Positions 11,716 to 23,720 of a stretch of 64,000 nucleotides of DNA are shown here, piece after piece (the stretch's first letter is position 1; each line of letters begins with the position of its first letter). The stretch lies in assembly GCF_036321535.1 (NCBI RefSeq), contig NC_087437.1, positions 73,968,001 through 74,032,000 on the forward strand. Direction: 5' to 3'. Below the pieces are notes generated by a model. It worked only from the letters and a program-made list of their open reading frames with translations. It made no database searches and was not told the DNA's origin. The DNA comes from Camelus dromedarius (taxonomy: Eukaryota). The position numbers were made by a program, and so were the translations under genes.

Positions 11716-12589
11716 CTGTTCTCTTAACGCTTTTCATCTCCAGCCTATTTTATAAGATTTGATAGGTGGGGGCACAAACTTCCTATTAACCCATTCTTTG
11801 CTCCGTCTTCCCTCCCTCCTTCCCTTCCTTTTCCCCTCCTCTTCTATAAAAGAGAAGTTCAGGTCCTATTGGAGTTACCCTGAAGCTAAGAAGGGTAACT
11901 TATAGAGAAAAGAACCCCACGGCAAACTGCTTTCCCATCCAGGACAGCCTACTGCTTTGCCCACAACCACTTGACTCTTCCAGTATTCAGCAGGACAGAT
12001 TCAAAGTAGAATTCAAGGTCGATGTAGAATGGGAGATATGGAGGAAAAGCTCAATTAAAAAATCAAAATCTCAGTATTTATCAGAGAGAAACAGAACCAA
12101 TCAATGACTGTTCAAATTTAAACTTCAGAAAATGACTCGCAGAATATTGTGCAGTAGTGATGTTTGTTTTGGACTGTTTTGGGGTGACTATTAGTGTCTG
12201 TTTATGCTTTACTTTGGGTAGATCTTTTGGGTATAAAGTAATAGGAATTAATGGAGTGATATTTGGGGGAAAATGCCAGAACTAAGTATCAAAAGAATGA
12301 TTTTGGTTAGGTCAAAATCCAAAGGTTTAATAACGGCAAGAACACCAAGCTCTGTCTCAGCCAGACAGCACATTCAGGACCTCGGAATGTAGCCGGGCCT
12401 CCCCACGTGTTGGTCTCACTTCCTAGAAAGATCTTTTCCCCCTATCTTTCTAAAATTATTTTATTCTTCCTATGAACCACCTTTCTTCTGCTCTAATGCC
12501 CCTTATTCTCACACAACCATTATACAGCCTATGCACCCTGCAAATATTTCTTTGATTGCATATGCCACTTGCTATTTTAATGGTATCTT

Positions 12590-12710
12590 TGTATTTTCTC
12601 TTATCTTGAAGGCAGGGACCGTCTCCTAGTCATCTCTGTGTTCCCCATGTCTCTTTAGCATAGAGCTAAGTACATAGTATTTTTCTGTAAAAGTTTGGTG
12701 AATTGAACAT
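12590..12710 (+). mobile_element. L2 3' end
   Basis: cttgaaggcagggaccgtctc...catctctgtgttcccc...gtttggtgaattgaa. Confidence 0.7.
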
Positions 12711-13419
12711 AGCAGGATCATTGGCTATAAAGCAAGAAATTCACATTTGGATTATTTCATTTCATCACACATAATCTCAACTATCAAACACATTTAAAGC
12801 TTTAACAAATTATGAAAAAGGCAGTAGAGATGTAAACAGTTTGATATGTCAGGAGTTGAAAAGTTTTCATCTTCTGGTACCTAGGTGCTCATTCCAACAT
12901 TGATATGTATCTTTTATTTTCTTATCATGTCTAGGGTCCAGATGGATTTTCATTAGTTCGTCAAACAGCAGACTTGACTTGTATTTAAATCAGTATAATT
13001 AGTATAATCTTAAACTAAAGCAAATTAAATTGCTAAATGGGCCTGGATATTTAGTTATGACTTTTTAGTGCCTTATAAATGTGAGTGAAATGAAAGAGCA
13101 GTATACTTCCTTATGATCCGATGTGTGACTTTTTTTTATGGCACCAGCGGACATTACAGATTTTGCCTAGTCTTTTGGGTTCCTGCAACTTTACCTGATC
13201 CAGTTACTGTTTCATTTACAGGAAATTTTAATGGATTTTACCTCAAAGCAAATACATTTTTTGTTTCTATACCAGAAGCCCGTTTTCCAAGAATTTCAGC
13301 TGGTCTGAAACTTGTTCTTCTTTTGATGAGTAGGCACCAGTCCCGAAATTTTCTAAGAAAGCGCTTTTCTTACAAACTCGATGTAAGAGGGAGATAATAC
13401 TAACAGTGAACAGTTGTCA

Positions 13420-13555
13420 AACATGTACACATCCAGCGCTGTGCTAGGTGCTTCACATTTAATCCCCACGGTATTCTGTGAAATGGCAGTGACCTCTGTT
13501 TTCACCCAAACAGCTAGTAGCTCCGGGAGAAGTCTCCACCCAGACTCTGTTCTCT
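13420..13555 (-). mobile_element. MIR fragment
   Basis: ccagcgctgtgctaggtgcttcacatttaatccccac...acagctagtag. Confidence 0.55.
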
Positions 13556-13764
13556 TGAAAAGCTATTCCAGTTAGCCGTGGGATGGGCGTACATCATTGT
13601 GTAAAGTTGAGATTAAAATTTCCTGATTATGTAAATTAAGTTTCCCCTGCACTAAGGTTACCCTGCGTGTTGGAACTCATGACTAATAAGGTGGACGTAT
13701 TGCTACTGAACCTTGAGCAAGTTCACATCCACGAGAACCACAGTTCATGTGGTCATTCATGATA

Positions 13765-13783
13765 TTACCACAAGGGGGCGCTC
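13765..13783 (+). promoter_or_regulatory. CTCF binding motif
   Basis: ttaCCACAAGGGGGCGCtc closely matches the CTCF core (CCASYAGRKGGCRS), in unique sequence with retained CpGs. Confidence 0.7.
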
Positions 13784-14669
13784 GCTAAAGACAAAGGCGC
13801 CCGTACCTTCCCTTTTCCGCAGGGAAGGTGTCTTCCCTTTGAAACGTGTTCCTTGATTTAGTGAGATGCCTGGACTTGGAGTTTAACCTTGCTACAGCTT
13901 TTCCAGCGTGTTAACAAAAGTCTTCCGACAGTTCAGTTCTCCAATTGCATCACTGCTTGGCACATTCCACGAAAATAACATGGTTTTAGAAAGACCGTTT
14001 CCAGGGTGGGTACTAGAAAATACCATAATCATCTAACACAACACAGTTCAGCTACTTTTAAATGAGATTCTTTCTTTTTTAGTAACTTTTTCCTGGAGTC
14101 TGCTGGCAAGTTCTATAGAGCCAGAAGATGGATATATCAAGAGCTTTAGCTCACAGCAAAGGGGAATTTGATCATCAACATAAAATTGAATAAAGAATGC
14201 AGGCTGAAACCAAGTAGCTGAAAATACAGTTTGCATCTACTTAAGATAATTATGCTAAATGCACTCGTTTAATTTAATAACCATATTATTATAACTGTGG
14301 ATTAAAAACATATGCTACAACAAAAATTTGAGAGAACGCATTATAGAAAAAAGGAAATTGACTCATCATTTAATAAACTTCTAACGAGGACAAGATTTCA
14401 TCTTAGACAGATGTAGAAATTCATGGGCTTAATGTAATCTCTATTTTTTTTTTCCATGTGAAGTACTATGTAGATAATTCTATATGAGCTTATTAAGGTT
14501 TCATTTCTCCATGCACAGTTTTATACACCGGATCAGGAGAAACAGCTAAAAAATAATTATCATGAAAATCTAGATTTCTGTATACATATGTATGTGTATT
14601 CGACGTTTTATTTTCAGAGGTTTAATATTCACAATGACATTTGAAGATAGTCCTCCATCTTCACCACAT

Positions 14670-15452
14670 AATTTATTCACTCATTCAGTGGATATTTACT
14701 AAAAGCTTAGTAAATGCTAGGTACCAGGCACATGGGATCCATTAGTAAACGCAATAGCTCAAAATCCCTGTCACCGTGAAGTATATATTCTAGTGAAAGA
14801 GGAAAGGCAACAAACAACAAACCGTAATGAATAAGTAAATGACACAGTGCACTAATATATAAATACCATTGAAAAAGAGGTCAGGTCAAAGAGGACTAGG
14901 AGTGCTGGGGACAAATGTCATGAGGCCAGAGGAGGTCTGATTGAGAAAGTGAAATCTGAACAAAGACTCAAAGGAGCAAAGCACATTTCCTTGCCTATTC
15001 CTGGAGCAGAAGGACAGGAACTCCAGAGGAGGGAACAGCCAGTGCAAAGGCTGCCTACCACAGGCAGAAGGACAAAGAGTATGAGCTAATCCGTCTTAAG
15101 GTTTTAAAGGATTCACTTTGATTTTTATGTTGCAAATAGACTTTCTATGTATGTGGGGATGGGTGGAGCTTCTAGGTTTCTGGAAGAGATGATGGTGGCT
15201 ACCAGAGTGGTATCAGTGGACTCTGGAATTATTTTGAAGGTTGAATCAACTGGAGATGTTGAGACTGGATGAAAGAGGTAGAGAAGGAAGAGGAGAGTCA
15301 GAGATGCCTCTAAGGTCTTTAGCCTGGCAGCTGGCAGGATGAGGCTGTCTTGAACTGTTACAGGGATTCAGAGGGAAGTGAGGAGAGGATGAGTACCTGA
15401 ATGATGGGCGGGATGGGTTTCAGATGCTCACTGGACATCCGGGTGGCAGATG
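14670..15452 (-). mobile_element. L2a
   Basis: atttattcactcattcag tail; agggaacagccagtgcaaaggc; gagtcagagatgcctctaaggtctttagcctgg; ggacatccgggtgg. Confidence 0.85.
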
Positions 15453-15973
15453 ACAGAATCCTCTCTTCCCTTAAGGAGTGGTAACTCCTGTCCCAAGAAC
15501 ACCCTACCCCTCTCCTACCATGAACGACATCCCGATCAAACCTCCTTCATTCCTGCTAACTTCATGGAGCCTGGACTCTTTCTTAAACACATAGACCCAG
15601 ATAATTAATACTTCCTGACTAAAGTCTGAAAGTAAAAATAACGCTTGGGTTTCTTGCTAGGCTACTTCTAAAGACAACCAGACTTCTCCAAGATGTCTCA
15701 TTATTGTAGCCACAGATTTCTCTTAAATATATCTCTATCAATATCTAAATGTGAGCAGGCTTGGCATAAGACCCAGGTTATTCCAGTTGGTAACTTAGAG
15801 TTTCCCTGTGGTATAGCCATGGTCTGCTGCATTTTCCCAGGATGCGGAGAAACAATTTGTGTCCCTGAAATCTGTCTCAGGCCTGACGGCAGACTGACTT
15901 TTCCTGAACTGCTTTGGAGCTGTCATCCTGTTCTCTTTGGCAGCTTATTTTATTTTATTTTTTTCATTTGTAG

Positions 15974-16207
15974 GGCAAGAGAAAGCAGAGCAGGCATTGT
16001 GGATTTTGCCAGTGATAACGCATGTCCGACAGGAGAGAAGTCCACCCTTCTGATTTCCTACCGAGAAAACATTTATTATTGGGAGGAACAGAACAGCGAT
16101 CTGACCCTCTTTAACGGTTGAATCTCTGCATCGTGCCCGGTCTCCCCACTCCTCCCACAGAGCAGACGCATCCCCTCTCTCATCCACTAGAATCTAACCA
16201 AGGGCAG
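15974..16207 (+). other. candidate non-coding exon
   Basis: T-rich tract + tttgtag acceptor; CAG|gtgagc donor; stops in all three frames. Confidence 0.25.
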
Positions 16208-17459
16208 GTGAGCGGTAGAAGGGAATGTCTTCCCCGGCACCTAGACACCAGACAGCAGGGCATTTAAAAAAGAAATAATTGGAACAAAGTTTAAAAGAAA
16301 CGCTGTAAACATACACCACTTCTTCATTTCAAAAGGGGTTTATTGAGTGTGTCCAGACTTGTTCCGTTCAAGATAAAAGGTTTTGCATTTCTCTGAGGGT
16401 GGCAATAATTCATTTAGTAATAAATGACAAGAAGTGTATGTACAAAAAAGTGTACATACAACTCATGCTGGTTAGTAAAATGTCTTTGTCTTCTTGCTGC
16501 GCATAAACACAGATGTCAGGAGAGAATCTCTTTGTCTGTTAATCTGAGGATGGGAACTGCTGACACAGCAGCTAACACAGCTGTATTATCTGTCTGCATG
16601 CTCGTGCTTTCCTGGTTTATAGAGAAGAGTTGATTTTTTTTTTTTTTTGGTCTGAATATAAATCAATAGAAAGAGAACTTTACAGCTATTTAGAATTCTA
16701 ACCACTTGTGTTAAGACAGGAACCTCTTTGACTATGTAATGTTGCCATGAATTCACTCACTTAGTAAAACCACAACTGTCTTCTTTTCTATTATCCTGAA
16801 TTTGTGTCTGAAAGGAGCAATGTACCTTAAAATGGACTGCAAAGTCAGTCAGTTGTTTCTTTAAAAAAAAAAATAATCATTTTATAAATACTAAATGTTC
16901 GTGAGTTTCTTTACTAGGGAAAGAGCACTTGAATAGAATTGGCAAATTAAAGCCAACAAGCATTGGCACCCCACTCTTCAAGCTAGAGCCACGTCAGCCG
17001 CTAGTGCTTCCCACCATCCCCCCGGAGGTCACGCGTGCCGAGGAAGCTGGAAATGCCACCTGCCAGCTGGGGAGGCGCTGGGGGGGGGGGGATGCGGGGT
17101 GCCTCTCCAGTTCTGTGATTAGCAACGGCAGTAAGGAAGTAAACTGAGAAGGTAACGGGGGTGAAAAAGCGTTCTTAGGGGCCAGTGATGAAGTGCAAAA
17201 TCAAACATCCCTGCTGCTTAACCTGCTCTAGTGGATGGCTTGATTAGTACACATATCATGGAGAAATGACAGAAAATAAGTCTGAAAAGAGAACTATGAA
17301 TTCAGTTCTGGTTGAGTTATAAGGCCACTGATTTCTCCATAAGCACGTTATAAGACACCCCGAGTATACATTTATTCCTAAGTGTCATCTCCTTCTCAAC
17401 AACCTTGTTACAGAATCCTGGGCAGTTCTTGCTCTTTTTTGTTGTCTTATTTTTTTCAG

Positions 17460-17564
17460 TCACCTTTACATTCTGCAGCATGTTTCCCTGGCAAACTTCA
17501 GTGATTAAGGACATTTCACCTTCCGAGGGTGGCTTTCTGGAAGCCATCCAGTCCTTTAAGGATG
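17460..17564 (+). other. candidate 105-nt exon (one frame open: TFTFCSMFPWQTSVIKDISPSEGGFLEAIQSFKD)
   Basis: long pyrimidine tract ...ttattttttcag acceptor; ATG|gtaagt donor; symmetric phase 1-1; peptide not recognised. Confidence 0.3.
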
Positions 17565-17624
17565 GTAAGTGGGTACGGTGAACAAGTGATTAGACTGAAT
17601 AATATTGATCTGGTCAAAATAACC

Positions 17625-17799
17625 ATGATTCGCAAAGTATGATCCTGAGACAAGCAGCATCACAATCACCCGGAGGGCTTAAGTGGTCAGAGATCCTGAC
17701 TCTGCGGGTCCCAGGGAGAACCTAAAAGCTTGCATTTCCAGCAAGTTTCCAGGTGGTACTGATGCTGTTGGTCCAGGGACCCCAGTTTGAGACCCACTG
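17625..17799. mobile_element. MER5A (hAT-Charlie MITE)
   Basis: agcagcatcacaatcacc...ttgcatttccagcaagtttccaggtggtactgatgctgttggtccagggacc...tttgagacccactg. Confidence 0.85.
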
Positions 17800-18259
17800 A
17801 AATAATACACTATCTTAAAAGAATTATCTTGACTTTATTTTGTATTTTAAAATCAGTCTTAAAAGCAGTTCCAGGGAGGCCCTCCAATGTTAGTACTGTC
17901 AGAAAAAGCTTAAAGCTTCTGACGACTGTTTTATAAGGCAAATGTTCTGCAGGTTCTGTTGTATTTGTTTCTAGACAAAAAGCCCCCGGACTTCACTGGG
18001 AGGCTGACTCCCTGGGAGGCTGACTCAGCACAGCCTGGCAGGAAGGACCCTGGTGTAAGGCCTGCAAACACTTCCCACAGGGTCACGGCCACCAGCCGCC
18101 TCTTGTTTGGGTGTCACAAGTACAAGGAGACAGGATTTTGGATTCAGCTTTCTAGCATCCAGGAATTTTGTTAGGTTTGGGGAGCTGGTTCTTGAGAAAT
18201 TAGAGTAAAACTGATGCTCTGCTTTACCCATGTGACACTCTTTAAGTGCCTCTCCTTTG

Positions 18260-18540
18260 GGGATTGTTGTGTGCCTTGTCTGAGAGACACTAAGTTCCAT
18301 GAGGGTAGGAACCATTTCTGTGGCAACTGTTATGCATTCCATGCTTCAAATGGTATCCAGGACCAGAACAGGCACTTCACAAATTGATTTATTTTATTTT
18401 TTCTTGAATTAGGAAAAAAAATGTTTTTCTACCTTTTCATGCTCCCTTTGTAAATTTATGTTGAATATTAAAGTCCGGTGTCTTGGCACATAAGGCCCTT
18501 CATGATCTGTCCCTTTCTTGCCTCTCCCTCCATCACCCAC
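18260..18540 (+). mobile_element. L2 fragments
   Basis: taagttccatgagggtaggaacc (3' end) and ttggcacataaggcccttcatgatctg (body). Confidence 0.6.
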
Positions 18541-19225
18541 CATACCTGGGCTGTCCAGAAATAATGATTTCACTTTTTGTCCTAAGCCACCATGCTCTTG
18601 GCACTACCGTAGAACCACATTGGTTGGCAGCTTTATTTTTTACTATTGGCAGACAAATGTTATGACCTTTGGGGAAATGAATTAGAATTGGTTGAAACTT
18701 ACCTGGTCATTAGCTCTTAGGTCCTAAAGATAGTTGTTTGGGTTTTTGTCTGCATAGTTAAAGTGAACTATTGGTTAGCAGAAAAGGAAACTATTTTGGA
18801 AATAACAGCAGAGCATCTGCAGACCATCTCAGGTGGCTGCGATGGGGATAGTAACTGAAAGTCCAGTTGCCTCTGCTTCCATCTAGTCAAATTTGGGGAA
18901 GGGGGCTGGAGAACAAAGAGTTTCTCTGACATTTTCCTGACCCCCATAGAGCTTGGCAATCCATCTGAAAATCAATACTATCTTTAAACCGCTTACATTG
19001 TTTTCACTTGTTTTTGCTAGAAAGGGTGAAGTAGAGGTATTTGGTTTTGAAATTCTGAAATGTCAACAAGCAGTGTGAATGTTCCAGATTAAGGACAACA
19101 TACATGAGTATGAAAGTATGAGTTACAGTGTCTTCCAGTTGGATACAGAGGGAGCAGAATGTCATACTAAGCATAATTCTAAATTGCTGGACGTGTTACA
19201 AGCATAGGTTTGGCCTGTTAAGGAG

Positions 19226-19579
19226 CGCTATGGTCTGAATGTTCGTGCCTCTCCCCAAATTCATATGTTCAAATCCTAATCCTCTAAAGTGATGAGATGA
19301 GCAGGTGCGGCCTTTGGGAGGTGCTTGTTATGAGGTAGAAGTCTCATGAGCGACATCAGCGCCTTTGACAAGAGGCCCCCGAGAGATCTGCAGCTCCCCT
19401 CAGCAACTGAGAGCACAGGCAGGAGCTGCTGGTCATGCACCAGGGAGACGGCCCTCGCCCAACCCTGCTGGCACCCCGACCGTGGACCTGCCGGCCTCCA
19501 GCACTGTGAGAAAAATCTGTTGTTTATAAGCTGCCCAGTCCGTGGTGTTTTGTGATAGCAGCCTGAATGGACTAAAGCA
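19226..19579 (+). mobile_element. MLT1A0-like solo LTR
   Basis: gctatggtctgaatgtt...ccccaaattcatatgtt...cctccagcactgtgagaaa...tttgtgatagcagcctgaatggactaa. Confidence 0.9.
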
Positions 19580-19804
19580 CAGAGCAAAATATGACCACGG
19601 AAACAGAATCACGAGGACCCCGAAGTCTGCTTTGGTAGACACTCACTAAATGACTAGTCAATTCATCTTTCTTCCTCATCTGTCAGGATTCTGGTGTGGA
19701 CAAGTGCAGGTGATAGGTACAGGGGGGAAAGAAGCGTTCTAGATAATAAATCTGTTATTACTCTCATCCAAGGCCAGGGGCTGTTCTGGATATTTCACCT
19801 ACCC

Positions 19805-19955
19805 TAGTGGTTAAGAATGTAGACTCAGGGTTAGACATACCCGCATTCAAATTCCAGCACCATTGCTGAGGGACTCTGTGACCTTGGACACCGAAATAAA
19901 AACTTCTCAGTACAAAGTAACTGCTCAGTACACACAGGCTATTACTATTAACATA
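19805..19955 (+). mobile_element. MIR
   Basis: tagtggttaagaatgtagactc...ttcaaattccagc...ctgtgaccttggaca. Confidence 0.75.
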
Positions 19956-22900
19956 CTGTTGCTATCTGTGCTCTATGTGAGGATGCAGAATAGACACTGA
20001 TTTTCCAAGATACCGTGCCTTTTCTGACAGTGACTGTTCTTATTCATAAGATCATCAGCTGCGTCTCTCCTTTATTGTCAGGTGTACTGTAAAGGCATAT
20101 TTAAGCAGCAGTAGCTTATTTATTCACCAGAAGACCCACTGCAATCATAGGCTATTTCTTAAGGACCTGGTTTTCTTGAGTCAAATCTGTAAGATGACAG
20201 CTTATACTTAGTTCACATCCCTGCAATTCGGCTTGCTGATTTAAAATTGATTCCATCCATCCTTGGGCATTCATGGATGATCAGTCTGAAGCAACAGATT
20301 TTTAACATGTAAATATGAAGTCCTGACACTCGAGGTGCTAAGCAGAATGCTTCAAAAAGCAAACCCCACCTGTGTAGCTCAAAACCATAAAAAAATTCTA
20401 CTGTCCAGAATCTACTCTTACTCTAAAATGCAAAGTGTTTAATGCATTCAAAGAAACAGCAGGTGCTCGCCGTTTGGGTGGACAGAAAAGAGTCTGCAAT
20501 AGTTAGGTTTCTGTCTTTCTTTTTCTTTTTGCTTACTTCCTACTTCAGTGCCTAAAGGTGGTTTCTGTTCTTTCATTTAAAACACAGTATTCGTTTGCTT
20601 TTGTTCATGGTCAAATACCTTTTCAAAGTAAGAAAACCCACTCTTACCTCCACAGTCTTAATCATCTCATCCTTATACACCCACTGCCCTGTCTCAGGAA
20701 AGTGGGGTTGCATCACCTTCACAGTTTCAACCCATGAAGGCGGCGGTGGTGACCTCTACCATGAGGGATCTGCATCGCGAGCAGTGGGGCTGCTCCAGGC
20801 TTCTGGACTCTGCCCTTGCCTGTCTCCATCACCCTCTCTGGGCCACGCACGCTGCCCACATCTTGTGGAACGAGTCACTCTGGATTAAAACGTCAAATCC
20901 CCACAAAAGCAGTGGGAAAGGTGTGATGTTTCTTGGTTTCCAGTGACCTTGTATACTTTCTGCTCCCCTTTATAAAAATACTTGTTCTGTGTTCCATTAT
21001 TTTTGGTTCCCTAATTTCTCCCAGCTGAACCAAACATTGTACTCCAGGGATCAAAGTCCTAAGCAAATGAATATCGCAGGTATTGGAGGAAGGGGAGAAG
21101 ACAGCACAAGAGCACTGAGTTCCTGGGGACGAACATTGTAAGGGCAGATTGAACACTTCAAAGGAGAAGGACCAGAAACAAAGACTGCTCTAATTTGCCT
21201 AAGGTGGTGGGACGCAACTCTGTGAAATTCACGTGCCTCCCAGCCCTCCTCCCACTACGGATACCCAGGATTAGCACAGCTACCCCTTCCCTTCAGCCTT
21301 CTGGCCCAAATTCAGACACAAAAGACTGGCCATCACTGTAGATGCTAAGTATAAGAAATACAAAATATTAAAATTAGAATCACTCGAGCTTTTCTCCAGT
21401 TGGTAGTGGGAGGCTACAGAAGCGCGTGACAGCTACAGGAATGGAACTACTCGTCAAGGCCTGAATTCACTCCGTTTTTACAAATTCCTGAACTTTTTCC
21501 TCTTCTTCTGTATTTAACTTCTTACATCTTTCTTCCTAACAACTTTTAGTTCTCTTTTCTCTGTTAAAAAAGCCTGAACTTTCCCATTTCTGTTTTTCTG
21601 CTTCCCCCATCATACGTACACGGGTATGTTGCCTGTGAAGTCCTCCCTCGCGTGCCCCCTCCTTGCCTCAGTTGATCAGGTCCTTTCTGCACCATATGCT
21701 GTCTTGTGCTAGAAGAACCTCAGTTTCAAGGGTCAGGGGAATAACATGTCTTTTTTACACATACACCTTCTAAACGTTTAACATTGTGAACAGATGGACT
21801 TGCCGGGCAGGTAGGCAGCTCACCACGAAGACAAAACATTGAGGTATGGAATTTCTACTGTAATGGAAAGACTTTCAAAGAAGACAGTCAAAATCATATT
21901 TTCACGACATGCACAACCAAATACTGTACTGAGTGGTAATTTGTGATAAGTGGCAGGAGTTTGCATACCTGGTGAATTACCAATGTTTTTACACAACTGT
22001 AAATTTTGGTTCCCATTTTGTTAATTTTTAGTCTGTGCTCATGACAGTCCTCCTGACATACAGGCTATTTAATTACCTCTCCTTCAAGAGAGGTTCTGGC
22101 TGTAAGTCTGCAGGGGTCGGGAGCTCTTGTCCTTGACTTTATCACATGCCTCTGTAAAAGATTTTCTTGGCTCCACCCTTGTGTTTCATCTCTCAGACTA
22201 TTCCTATGTCACATCGTGCACCTGAAAGCTCTTTGAGAAGAAATTCTAGCTGATTATGCCTGTGGGTCATAGATAAAGAAGCAGAAACTCTAAGTCTTTC
22301 TTAGAGAAGAAAATGCAGAGTCAGCTAATAGGGATCAGGGACATAATACACTGAGAATGAGCTCTTCCTCAGGATCTTGAAAGACATGAATAGGAGAGAA
22401 GACTTTACATACAAAGGACGAGCAAGACGGAAGTGTGGCTGTTAGTGCCCCGGGCCCTTCGACAAAAGAGCTCTTTTTTGTTTCTGCTGTTGTTAAACAC
22501 CAGATGCCCTGCTGAAGGGATGAGTCGTGACCCATCTAACCCATTCATGGTACTCTTGTTCTTTTTTGTCAAATGCTGATTTAGGGATGGGCGTGCAGTC
22601 CCTTTTGTACAACAGTGTGTGAGAAGAAAACTCGGCGTTGCTTATGGAAAATATTTTCTGCTCTGATTTTTAAAAAAGCCTGCTGAGGTAAAAGCCTTTT
22701 CCCCTGGCTCCAGCTCCGAAGGTACTTATGTACTTATTTGTTGTTTGGGAGATAACTCAAACACCCTGAGAATGATGGAGGAGTGTGGAAAGAATCTTGG
22801 TCCTTGAGGACATCACTGAACTGCTGCACCAATTTCGAATCATCTACCAAGTGACACATTAAAATTGATCTCACTTATACAAGAAATAGTGAAGGCCCAC

Positions 22901-23249
22901 ATTAACATTAACCCCTTCTCTTTACTCTCCATCTATAAAAAAAAAAACAAAAAAAAAAAAACAAAAAAAACTGCTCCTTTTTATGGCCTAGATTAAGTTC
23001 CACCTCCTCTGGGATCATTTTTCAACCACTCCAGACTAAGTTTATAATTTTCTTGGTATGAATTGCTGGAAGCTTATTGCGTGGGTATTTAGTCCCATAT
23101 TTACATGACCTATGGCATCTTCCATGGGATTGTATAATCCTTAGGGGACAGGTTATGCAACCTAACTCACCTTTCTTTTATAGTTTATAGTTTTTATTCT
23201 TGTGCAAACTATCCATGAGGACCTCAGTAAACATAGCTTTAATAGCAAA

Positions 23250-23720
23250 CAATTACTGAGCCCTTATTCTGTGCCAGGTCATTTTGCTAAGCCCTTTGTA
23301 ACAGCTAATCCCCATTAATCCTCCCTCATTGTAACAGTTAATCCTCATGACTATACTGCAGAAAGCACTGCTCTATTCCACAGCGCTCTCCTAGGTTGGG
23401 ATGGGTGCTCATCACATGCTGTCACGGCATCCTGTAGCTTTCCTTCAGAGCATTCAGTTAAAAAACAAAGAAACTAAGCATGCATTTGATTGCTTATTGT
23501 CCTTTTCTCCCCAAGTAAAGTCTGTGAGGGCAGGGATAATTTTTGTCATATATCCTCAGGCCATGGAACAGGCTTGTGTGTAGTAGTCTTAAATATTTGG
23601 TGAATTAATAACAAGTACTCTTTTCTTAGAGTAGGAGACAGAGGTTTAGAGCACGGCACATCTGGCTCAAGTTCGCAGCACAGGGACTAGAGTTCACAAT
23701 CATGCCGCTCTCTCTCTTTC
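23250..23720 (-). mobile_element. MIR (minus) interrupted by a plus-strand L2 3' end (~23380-23610)
   Basis: ttactgagcccttattctgtgccagg...aatcctcat resumes at gagacagaggtttagag; between them aaagtctgtgagggcagggat...aaatatttggtgaattaat. Confidence 0.6.

Noticed and set aside
15693..16121. 142-aa ORF
   Set aside because: Runs through a T-rich tract (FYFIFFI) and has no recognisable homology; treated only as a possible non-coding exon
18703..18905. Minus-strand exon candidate (ctccag acceptor, gtaagt donor)
   Set aside because: The listed frame closes inside it and no partner exons or homology are visible
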